Made by a program: the position numbers and the translations under genes. A model generated the notes under the pieces. That model was not told where the DNA came from. It made no database searches and worked only from the letters and a program-made list of their open reading frames with translations. From assembly GCA_016235455.1 (NCBI GenBank), contig JACRKZ010000095.1:1-33401 (forward strand): a stretch of DNA of 33,401 nucleotides. Reading direction: 5' to 3'. Position 1 is the stretch's first letter; each line of letters begins with the position of its first letter. The stretch comes from Armatimonadota bacterium (GTDB lineage Bacteria; Armatimonadota; UBA10988). Positions 7,388 through 15,130 of the stretch are shown here, piece after piece.

Positions 7388-9843
7388 TGGACGCCGACAC
7401 GGTACTTCTCGCGCACCGCCTCGGCCTCGAGCCGGTTAGACAGGTCCTCGACCCAGCCTGACACCACGAACCGGCCCAGCGTGCCCATGGTCTTGCTGTA
7501 TTCGAGCGCCAGCCGGCCGGTGGTCACCGAGAGCGGACCCACGGCCCCGCTCTCGGTGTAGGTGGCCTTGAGCGCGCCGAGCCACTTGGCGTCCCAGCTC
7601 AGCGTGGCACTGCGCTCGATCATCGCGGTCAGCGTGTTGCCCGCATCGTGCCGCGTCTGCCAGTGGCCCAGCAGGCGCAGACCGTTGAACATGAAGTTCT
7701 CGGGGGTGGCCACATCGACGGTCACCGACTGGCCCGGCGTCACCGCGGAGGCCGAAGACAGGTCGCCCGGCGTCCGCTCGAAGGCCACCTTCGCCTCGCC
7801 GGTGCCCAGCAGCTTGTGCGTGGCCGCCACCTTCACCGTGCGTCGGCTGTCAGCCGTCCAGTCGCTGTTGGTGCCGGCGTTCTGCTGCACCTCGCCCTGC
7901 ATGGTCAAGCCGCGCCACGGCGAGAACGTGGCGGTCACGAACGCTGTGGGCGTGAACAGCCCGCCGGCCGAGCGCGATTCGCGGTAGCCCATCTCCAGCA
8001 CCGACTTGCCGCCCGGCGCAAAGGCCAGCGCGGCCTCGCGGTTCTCGCGGTCGAGCGCCTGGTCACTTTCGTAGAACGACCAGGTGCCGCGCGCACGCAG
8101 ACCGAACAGCAACGGCTGGGTCAGGTTGACCGACGACTCCGACAGGCTGTGCGGGCCCTCGGCATACTGCGCCGTGGCCGTGGGCTGGCGCCACCACAAG
8201 GTCCGGCGTTCGGCCCCGACCTGGCTGCGGCCCGGCTTGACGGTGGTGCCCACGCGGTAGTGCCAGGCGTTGTCCACGCCGGAACCGAGCACCTTGCTGC
8301 GCCCGGCAATCTGGAAGCTGGAATCGGTCGTGTCACCCCACTGGTCGTAGGCCGCCTGCACCGACCACCAGTCCATGAGCTTGCGGTCGAGCGTGGCACC
8401 CACGTAGTGGCCATCGGGCTTGGTCGGGTCGACCTCCAGCCGGCCGCGCGCCACCAGACCGGCACCGGTCTCGATGGTGGCTTGATGCGTGGCCCGCCAG
8501 GTGCTGTCGCTGCGCTCGGTGGAGTCGTTGCCTGTGTAGCGCAGCGTGATGGCTCGGCCCATCTGATAGCTCGCCTCCAGCCGCCGCAGCACCTCGCCCG
8601 TGGTGGGCTGGGCCGCGCCGTTGCCGGGCGCGCCGCTGCCGGCCGAAGCGCCGCTCAGGCTGCTCTCGGCGGTCAGGGCCAATTTGTGCCGGCCGCGCGC
8701 CACACTCAGCTGCACCTGGTCGCTGGCCTGCGGTGACGAGCCCCACAGGTCACGATGACCGTAGCCGAGCTCCACCCCGTCGAACGGCCGCAGCGTGAAC
8801 GCGCGCTCCTCGCTGTCGGAGCCGCTGGTGCCTTGTACCTGGCGCACCTTTGACCACGTGGCGCTCAAGGCCTTCAGGTTGACCTCGACGCTGTCGTTGT
8901 CCTCGTGGCCGCCACGGAGGCCCATCAGGCTGCCGTAGCCGGCCTCGCGCAGCCAGGCGGCATCCTGGTCGGCGCGCCGCGTCGAGCGCGCCAGCGTCAC
9001 TGGCCCAAACCCGATCTTGTTGCTGACATCGCTGACCCGGACGCCGTTGCGGTCGAGTACGCGGTCGGACCGAGACACCGAGAGCCGGCCCGTCTTGTAG
9101 CCGTACTCCTGGTAGTCGTCCTTCAGCCCGGTGAGCGCATTGAGGTTGGTGAACCCGCCGCCCGAGCCGCGACTGCGCGAGCCCAGGCCGTAGCCTTCCT
9201 TGCTCAGCAGGCGGTCGTGCGCCGCGGACTCCAGCTTCAGCGTGTCGTCGATGGCCAGCCGCTCGCGGCTGTACCACGCGCCCAAGGCGCTGACCGACAT
9301 GAGTTCGCGACCAAGCCCGGTGCCAAAGGCCAGATCGGAGGTGCGGCCACCGTCGAAGGTCAGGTTGAACGTACGGCCCTTCCAACTGGCCGAGTAGTCG
9401 GCGCGGCGGACACCCATCTCGCCCGAGGCCACGCCGAGCGGCTCGGCGGCCGCCACGCGGCGATCGGCCTCGGCCACGTTGAAGCCTACCTGCAGGCCAT
9501 GGCGCGGCACTTCGCCGCGGTAGTTGACCTGCCAGGTCTGCGTGGCTTGCCCTGGGCGCGAGGAGAACAGACCGACGCCTTCGCCATACTTCCAGGTCAG
9601 ATTGCCCTGGCCGGTGACCGGGTCGGTGCCCTGGTACAGCGTCGAGCGGTAGTACTCGCCCGGCAGCACCAGCGCCCCACCCGACTGCTGCAACTTGGAC
9701 GGCGCCGCGGCCGGAGCGGCCGCCGCAGGCTTGTCCTCGGCGCGAGCGCCGCCCAGGCAGAGGCCCAAAGCGAAACAGACCAGCCAGCTCATGTGGAGCC
9801 TGGTTGGTCTGTTCCTGAACGCGGTTGGGTCTTTGAGATGCAC
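7369..9843 (-). CDS. Hypothetical secreted beta-strand-rich protein, putative outer-membrane protein
   Basis: Signal-peptide-like segment WLVCFALGLCLGGARA|ED, alternating amphipathic G/Y/W/S/T-rich strands, and a C-terminus YRVGVHYELPL resembling a beta-signal. GAGG RBS before GTG 9843; ATG 9792 is an alternative start. Confidence 0.6.
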   Translation of the reverse strand: MHLKDPTAFRNRPTRLHMSWLVCFALGLCLGGARAEDKPAAAAPAAAPSKLQQSGGALVLPGEYYRSTLYQGTDPVTGQGNLTWKYGEGVGLFSSRPGQATQTWQVNYRGEVPRHGLQVGFNVAEADRRVAAAEPLGVASGEMGVRRADYSASWKGRTFNLTFDGGRTSDLAFGTGLGRELMSVSALGAWYSRERLAIDDTLKLESAAHDRLLSKEGYGLGSRSRGSGGGFTNLNALTGLKDDYQEYGYKTGRLSVSRSDRVLDRNGVRVSDVSNKIGFGPVTLARSTRRADQDAAWLREAGYGSLMGLRGGHEDNDSVEVNLKALSATWSKVRQVQGTSGSDSEERAFTLRPFDGVELGYGHRDLWGSSPQASDQVQLSVARGRHKLALTAESSLSGASAGSGAPGNGAAQPTTGEVLRRLEASYQMGRAITLRYTGNDSTERSDSTWRATHQATIETGAGLVARGRLEVDPTKPDGHYVGATLDRKLMDWWSVQAAYDQWGDTTDSSFQIAGRSKVLGSGVDNAWHYRVGTTVKPGRSQVGAERRTLWWRQPTATAQYAEGPHSLSESSVNLTQPLLFGLRARGTWSFYESDQALDRENREAALAFAPGGKSVLEMGYRESRSAGGLFTPTAFVTATFSPWRGLTMQGEVQQNAGTNSDWTADSRRTVKVAATHKLLGTGEAKVAFERTPGDLSSASAVTPGQSVTVDVATPENFMFNGLRLLGHWQTRHDAGNTLTAMIERSATLSWDAKWLGALKATYTESGAVGPLSVTTGRLALEYSKTMGTLGRFVVSGWVEDLSNRLEAEAVREKYRVGVHYELPL

Positions 9844-9861
9844 GCGGACCTCACTCGGTCG

Positions 9862-10977
9862 CTAGAACGGCGGCACCTCAATTTGCCGTAAAGGGTCCGG
9901 GCGGGACCCTCCCTTCTCGGCGCCACCCAGGACGCCACCGGTGCCGCTGCCTTCAACTGAACTATCAGACGCTCGCCCGCTGCCCGCCGCCAACCCCGAG
10001 TTGCCCGGTTCTACCGGCGTACGTCGCGGCGGAGGCGGCGACGTCGCGGTCGAAGAGCCGAGCACGCGGCTGGCCGGGGCGCCTAGACTGGCACCTGAAT
10101 CCTTGACGTTCGTGCCACTGCCGGTGTTCCGCGGCGTCGTATTGCGGCGCGGCGGCGGCGGCGTGGTGGAGCGGTGCGCGTCGACCGGCGCGGAAGGCTG
10201 GCGCAACGTGGTGTTGGCCGAGCGCGACGCGTCGGGCGCCGTGCCGGTCACCGGCTGACCGGGCCGCACCGGCGAGTTGGCCAGCGGCTGACCACCGGGC
10301 ATCGGCTGGCCCAGGCCATTGGCCGCGGGAGCGGGCGGTGTGACCACCGGGCTCGGGTTGGTGGTGGTGGTGCCGGCGCTCAACGGCGCGGTGGCGCGCG
10401 AGGCGCGTCCCCAGTGGAAGGCCAGGGCAAACACCGCGGCCGTGGCCAGCAGCGTGGTGGCAATGCGGCGCACGCCCACCGACGTCAGCCGAGGCCGACG
10501 CGCGGCCCGCTGCGCGCCGGATTCGCCGCCGCGGTCCTTGGCTACTCTTATACGGTCGGACAGGTTGTTCGGCGGTTCCTCGTCGACCACGCTGGACAGC
10601 GCGGAGAACATGGCGGCGTGCAGCCGCGCCTTCTCGGCAAAGTCGGCGTCGACGAGCAGATAGTGGTCGACCACCTGGCGTTGGGGCAGACTCAGATCGT
10701 CCTCGAAGTAGGCGTCAAGCCACTCCAGCGCGGTTTGGCGGTCCACTTCCACCGGTGAAGACTCGGCCACGGCTCGCAGGATGCGCGAGCGCAGGTCGGT
10801 GGGCGGATCCGCTTGCGGGATGCCACGCACCATCTTCACCGCCGCGGCCACGGGCTCAAAGTCCCGCAGGTCCTCGGGGTGGATATCGAGCCACGCCTTG
10901 AGCGTCAACTCGTCCTGTTCCGCCAGCTCACCGTCGATGGCTGCTGACAGGTTCTCGAGCCGTTCGGTCCGGTTCAT
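9862..10977 (-). CDS. Anti-sigma-factor-like membrane protein with two tandem zf-HC2/RsiW-like domains, one TM helix and a Pro/Thr/Ser/Gly-rich tail
   Basis: The repeats LSAAIDGEL...PPTDLRSRIL and LDAYFEDDL...PPNNLSDRI resemble the anti-sigma LsayldgeL...pp..L..ri pattern. TM helix IATTLLATAAVFALAFHW. GTG 10989 is an alternative start. Confidence 0.7.
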   Translation of the reverse strand: MNRTERLENLSAAIDGELAEQDELTLKAWLDIHPEDLRDFEPVAAAVKMVRGIPQADPPTDLRSRILRAVAESSPVEVDRQTALEWLDAYFEDDLSLPQRQVVDHYLLVDADFAEKARLHAAMFSALSSVVDEEPPNNLSDRIRVAKDRGGESGAQRAARRPRLTSVGVRRIATTLLATAAVFALAFHWGRASRATAPLSAGTTTTNPSPVVTPPAPAANGLGQPMPGGQPLANSPVRPGQPVTGTAPDASRSANTTLRQPSAPVDAHRSTTPPPPRRNTTPRNTGSGTNVKDSGASLGAPASRVLGSSTATSPPPPRRTPVEPGNSGLAAGSGRASDSSVEGSGTGGVLGGAEKGGSRPDPLRQIEVPPF

Positions 10978-11065
10978 CGCTCTACTCACTCACGCCGAGC
11001 CACGCCTGACCCTTACGATAGGGCCGTCGGCGTCCGCATCGCGGCGGACGCAACCCGCGGTGGAG

Positions 11066-11094
11066 TCAGACACAGCGACCAACACCCGGTTTCC
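11066..11094 (-). promoter_or_regulatory. Putative ECF sigma promoter (GGAAAC-N17-GTCTGA)
   Basis: The minus strand reads GGAAAC cgggtgttggtcgctgt GTCTGA, about 90 nt upstream of the anti-sigma-like gene. This matches the general ECF -35 AAC / -10 GTC(T) pattern. Confidence 0.55.
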
Positions 11095-11291
11095 GCAGGA
11101 CCCCGGCATTTGGCCATCCGAGCCCAATCGCCTCCCGAGTCGCGTCCGAACGCCCTTCGGGCTCGGACTCTTCTCGATCTGGTTAGACCTGTCCGGCGCC
11201 GAAATAGGTGCGCGCTCACATGAATCTATTGTGACAATTCGCGCGCACGTCGGTCCAGCGGACTCGCTGCCCCGCATGAGAGATGAGAAAG

Positions 11292-11366
<75 letters not shown>

Positions 11367-11378
11367 AGAGATAGGCAC

Positions 11379-11407
11379 ATGCTAGCATGGCCGCGCAGAC
11401 TCGTCAA
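11379..11407 (-). promoter_or_regulatory. Sigma70-type promoter for tRNA-His (TTGACG-N17-TAGCAT, with extended TG)
   Basis: The minus strand reads TTGACG agtctgcgcggccatgc TAGCAT, ending 12 nt before the tRNA 5' end. Confidence 0.75.
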
Positions 11408-11488
11408 GCTCGCCTGGTCCGCGCCCAACCGCTGGAAGGAGATCGCTGGCGCTCCACGAAGCGCTCCGGGTTGTCAACGGAGACCACC

Positions 11489-12397
11489 ATGCCAGGTACC
11501 GTTGCCTGCCCCAGTTGGCGCACACCGGCCTCGCCCGCGGCAGCGCTGGCACTGGCTGCGAGCGCCTTGGTCGTCGGCGTCGCGTTTGGCCTGGCCTACC
11601 ACCTCATCGCTCGCGTGGTGGACCTGGTGCTGCTCTCCGCGCTGTTCGCGGGTATCGTCGTGGGCATGCCCGTGGAGGCGGCCGCCCGGCGCCTGCGCAT
11701 GGCCAACTACGTCGTTGTCGGCCTGTGTGGCCTGCTGGCCGGAGCCAGTTGCAGCAGCACCAAGATCCTCCTCGATGGCGACCGCCTGCTGCGCCAGGTG
11801 CGCGCCCACCCCGACCCCGCGTGGTCGGCCACGACGCGTGCCGCGTTCGACTCCGCCATGCGTCGGCCCGCCACGCGCCTGCGGATGGCGATACCGGTGC
11901 AAGCCGAGACAGGCCTGGAAGTAACCCGGTTGGGCGTGTCGACAGCTCAACTTCAGGGCGTCGGCGCCTACGTGCTGCTGGCGCTCGAACTGCTCCTCTG
12001 CGCCGCGGTCGGCGGCATGGCGACGCGCGACCACTTCCGCCGCCATTGGTGCCCCGCCTGCGGCGAGCACTGCCACGCCGAGGTGCTGCTGGAGTTGGCT
12101 CAGGCCAGCGTGCCCGACCTACGGTCCGCCGTCGAGTCCGCCGACTGGCGAGCGCTGGCGCCCATCGCCTGGATGGGCGAGCAGCTGCAGCAAACCGAGC
12201 GCCGCGTCAACCTCGAACACTGCGGCCAGCCAGCCCACGACGGCTACCTGAGCCTGCGCGACCGGCCGGGTCGCTACCTGCAGTCGTGGCTGCTCTCGCC
12301 CGGAGACCTGGCCCGGCTCAGAGCCGAAATCGACTCGTGGCACGACGACTGGCCTGCGGCGGAATCGGCCGGAGCCGAGCCAGACGGCCATGTCTGA
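11489..12397 (+). CDS. Hypothetical membrane protein (about 4 TM helices) with a C-terminal CxxC-containing domain
   Basis: ATG 11489 with GGAG RBS. Hydrophobic N-terminal helices are followed by WCPACGEH and LEHCGQPAH. Confidence 0.65.
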   Translation: MPGTVACPSWRTPASPAAALALAASALVVGVAFGLAYHLIARVVDLVLLSALFAGIVVGMPVEAAARRLRMANYVVVGLCGLLAGASCSSTKILLDGDRLLRQVRAHPDPAWSATTRAAFDSAMRRPATRLRMAIPVQAETGLEVTRLGVSTAQLQGVGAYVLLALELLLCAAVGGMATRDHFRRHWCPACGEHCHAEVLLELAQASVPDLRSAVESADWRALAPIAWMGEQLQQTERRVNLEHCGQPAHDGYLSLRDRPGRYLQSWLLSPGDLARLRAEIDSWHDDWPAAESAGAEPDGHV

Positions 12398-12414
12398 CCG
12401 CGTGGCGGCGCCTA

Positions 12415-13206
12415 TCAGGCCCGTTCGACCAAGACCTCGGTGCCCGGCACCAGGCCCAGCGCCTCCGCGGCCGAGCCGCGGTTGACCGCGATCTCCAGCC
12501 GGCCGGCACTGCCCAGGTAGGCCAGCGGTTGGCCCGCGGGCACATCGGCGAACGCCTGGCTCAGGCCGGCAATGACCGTCGAGCCGACCGTCACCTTGAC
12601 GTTGTCACCCAACGCGGCCAGGTGCGCCGCGCGCAGGCTGCTGATCAGGTTGCCAAAGTGGTCGGAGGTGAGGATCTCCCCGCGCGCCAGGCCGGACTCC
12701 ACGTCCACCAGCGGCTCGGGCAGGCGCACCAGCGTGGCCGGGTCGACCGGCGAGCCCATGGCGCCCACGGGCACGCCAGCAGCCATGTAGCCCGCGCACG
12801 AGGCGAAGACGTCGCGCCCGTGGAAGGTGCTGCTGACCGGCTGACAATGGAAGGCCGAGTTGTCCAGCGCGGTGACCGCCACCGGGTTGATCGCGTTGGC
12901 CAGGATCTCGGTGAACACGCCATTGTCGGGACCGACATAGACCTGGTCGTCACAGACGATGGCGACCGCCAGGCGGTCGGTGCCCACCGTCGGGTCAACC
13001 ACCACGACATGGATGGTCCCGGCCGGATAGTACGGCGCCACCGCGCCAATGACGCACGATGCGTGGCGCAGGTCGCCCGCGGGCACTTCGTGCGACAGAT
13101 CGACGATGGTGGCCGCGGCCGAGCGCGACAGGATGACGCCCTTCATGGCGCCCGCGAAGCCGTCGCGATAGCCATAGTCCGTAAGCAGCGTGATTCGACT
13201 AGCCAT
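12415..13206 (-). CDS. SAM hydroxide adenosyltransferase / SAM-dependent halogenase family protein (DUF62)
   Basis: Motifs ITLLTDYG, DLSHEV, HVVVVDPTVGTDR, YVGPDNG, SSTFHGRDVFA, DHFGNL and LEIAVNRGSAA. Confidence 0.93.
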   Translation of the reverse strand: MASRITLLTDYGYRDGFAGAMKGVILSRSAAATIVDLSHEVPAGDLRHASCVIGAVAPYYPAGTIHVVVVDPTVGTDRLAVAIVCDDQVYVGPDNGVFTEILANAINPVAVTALDNSAFHCQPVSSTFHGRDVFASCAGYMAAGVPVGAMGSPVDPATLVRLPEPLVDVESGLARGEILTSDHFGNLISSLRAAHLAALGDNVKVTVGSTVIAGLSQAFADVPAGQPLAYLGSAGRLEIAVNRGSAAEALGLVPGTEVLVERA

Positions 13207-13215
13207 AGGTATCCT

Positions 13216-14190
13216 CTAGGTGCCCCGTCGCGCCGCGGACAGGTAAGCCTGGCGCAACCAGTGCGTGTTCACTCGGCCATCGGCAGCGCTCGTGCGCGGC
13301 GGCGGTCCGCCGCGCAGCGCTTGTTGGAAGTCCAGCAACTCGAGGCGGTAGACATCGTCCTCGGCCAGCACTACTTCCTCGACGCCCGCGGGTGTGCTTC
13401 GCCACAGCCCGCCATCCACCTGCCGGGCTGTACCGTGCGTACCATACACCTCCACGGCCGTGTGGTTGCCCGCCGTGGCAAAGCTCATCTCCAGCACGCC
13501 CAGCGCGCCGGACTCGAACCGCAGAGCCAGCAGCGCGGAGTCCTCGACCGGCACCGCCCAGGCCCGGCTTGCCACCTGCGCCTCGACCGACGCCAACGGC
13601 CCGACCAGCCAAACGGCGAGATCGAGCAGGTGGCTGCCCAGGTCCATGACCACGCCGCCGCCGGCCTGGGCCGGGTCGGCCCGCCAGAGTACGGCGTCCA
13701 GCGGGTACCACTTGGCCATCTGCGCGCGCAGGTAGGTGCAGTCGCCCAGATCGCCGGCCAGCAGCCAGTCGCGCAAGCGGACCATGGCGGCGCTGTGGCG
13801 CATGGGGAAGCAGACGCTGAGCAGCACGCCGGCCCGTTCGGCCGCCTGCTCCATGGCCTCGCAGTCGGCCACGGTCAGCGCCATGGGCTTCTCGAGCAGG
13901 ATGTGCCGACCGGCCGCGGCCGCCGCCTCGACCAGCGCGCGGTGGCTCGCGGGCGGCGTGGCGATGTAGACGGCCTCCAGGCGCGGATCGGCCAGCATCG
14001 CATGGACATCGTCATAGGCGGCATCGGCGCCAAACTCGGCGGCGATGGCCTCGGCGCGGGCCATCTCGCGCACCATGACCGCGCCGACGCGTACCTGGGG
14101 GAGGCCGGCTACCGCGGGCAACATACGCCGGCGGGCCACGCCGCCGGCGCCGACGAAGCCCCACACCACACGCGCGTCAGCGGCCGACAC
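13216..14190 (-). CDS. Gfo/Idh/MocA family oxidoreductase
   Basis: Motifs WGFVGAGGVA, AVYIATPPASH, HILLEKPMA and GGGVVMDLGSHLLD. The probable GTG start at 14190 overlaps the end of the Lon-N gene. Confidence 0.92.
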   Translation of the reverse strand: MSAADARVVWGFVGAGGVARRRMLPAVAGLPQVRVGAVMVREMARAEAIAAEFGADAAYDDVHAMLADPRLEAVYIATPPASHRALVEAAAAAGRHILLEKPMALTVADCEAMEQAAERAGVLLSVCFPMRHSAAMVRLRDWLLAGDLGDCTYLRAQMAKWYPLDAVLWRADPAQAGGGVVMDLGSHLLDLAVWLVGPLASVEAQVASRAWAVPVEDSALLALRFESGALGVLEMSFATAGNHTAVEVYGTHGTARQVDGGLWRSTPAGVEEVVLAEDDVYRLELLDFQQALRGGPPPRTSAADGRVNTHWLRQAYLSAARRGT

Positions 14191-14887
14191 TGCGCAGGAT
14201 CTCCTCGCTGAGATGCTCGTCGTAGTCGAGCCGGCCATTGCCGGTGCAGATGCGCGTAGCTTCCTTGTCGATGGCGATGCGCCGGCCGAGTAGCGCGGTG
14301 CTGGCGCGCAGCCCTTCGGCCACGCGGCGCAGGCGTTCGGCGGTATCGGTCAGTTCCAACAGCGCCTGGCGCTCGCCCGCATCGGCCTGCAGGCTGCTGG
14401 CCAGCGCGAAGCTGAGTTGGCGCGGGTCGCCGGGGAAGACGGGATCGGGCACCGGCTGGCCCAGCGCATCGCGAACCAGGCGGAAGTGCTCGCCGGCCAG
14501 GCGGGTCACCTCCTCGCGCAGGTTCTGGTCGACATCCTGGGTGTCTGGCTCGTCGTCGAAGAACTCCACATCGGCGCGCAGCAGCCCATGGTCGTCGACA
14601 TACGACAGCACCCGGAAGCGATGCTCGCCGAAGGCGAGCAGCATGTAGCGGCCCTCCTCCATCTCGCGGTGCTCACGGATGCGCGCCACGGTGCCGACCA
14701 GATGCGGCACGGCCGGGCCGCCCACCTCCTGGCCCGAGCGCAGCAGCGTCACGCCGAAGCGGCGGTCGCCGGCCAGACAGTCCTCAACCATGCTGATGTA
14801 GCGCGGCTCGAAGATGTGCAGCGGCAGCATCATATGGGGGAACAGCACGATGCTTTGCAGTGGAAAGAGCGGTAGCGCAACACCCAT
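14177..14887 (-). CDS. Stand-alone LON peptidase substrate-binding (N-terminal) domain protein
   Basis: LPLFPL...VLFP...LPLHIFEPRYISMVEDCL...VGTVARI...G..RFRV...RQALLEL. No AAA or protease domain. GGAGG RBS. Confidence 0.92.
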   Translation of the reverse strand: MGVALPLFPLQSIVLFPHMMLPLHIFEPRYISMVEDCLAGDRRFGVTLLRSGQEVGGPAVPHLVGTVARIREHREMEEGRYMLLAFGEHRFRVLSYVDDHGLLRADVEFFDDEPDTQDVDQNLREEVTRLAGEHFRLVRDALGQPVPDPVFPGDPRQLSFALASSLQADAGERQALLELTDTAERLRRVAEGLRASTALLGRRIAIDKEATRICTGNGRLDYDEHLSEEILRSVGR

Positions 14888-14907
14888 GGCTCATCCCTCC
14901 GCCTCGG

Positions 14908-15123
14908 TCAAGGCCCGGTCCCTTGCCCGGCACGCTGCCTGGCCAGACTGGCTTCGACCCGCCGCCAGATGCGCTCGCGTCGGTCGTCGCTCAGGCCCGG
15001 CCAGCCCATGATCTCGTCCATGGTGCGGTGGCAACCACGGCAGTGGCCGGATGACTCATCGTAGACACACTGGTTGGTGCAGGGCGAGTAAGGTCGCTCG
15101 GCGCCGTGTTCCATCTGGCTCAT
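14908..15123 (-). CDS. DUF1289 family small Cys-rich (putative Fe-S) protein
   Basis: SPCTNQCVYDESSGHCRGCHRTMDEIMGW matches the DUF1289 pattern SPC...C......C.GC.RT..EI..W. ATG at 15123 with GAGGA RBS. Confidence 0.88.
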   Translation of the reverse strand: MSQMEHGAERPYSPCTNQCVYDESSGHCRGCHRTMDEIMGWPGLSDDRRERIWRRVEASLARQRAGQGTGP

Positions 15124-15130
15124 AGTCCTC

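Noticed and set aside
11472-11477. Perfect TTGACA on the minus strand
   Set aside because: There is no -10-like hexamer at 16-18 bp spacing.
11515-14211. 898-aa plus-strand ORF and many other long overlapping ORFs (e.g. 1966-3333, 3358-4689, 20589-22058, 28442-29662)
   Set aside because: These are antisense or off-frame shadows of well-supported genes. They are Arg/Ala/Gly/Pro-rich with no motifs, as expected from stop-codon scarcity at high GC.
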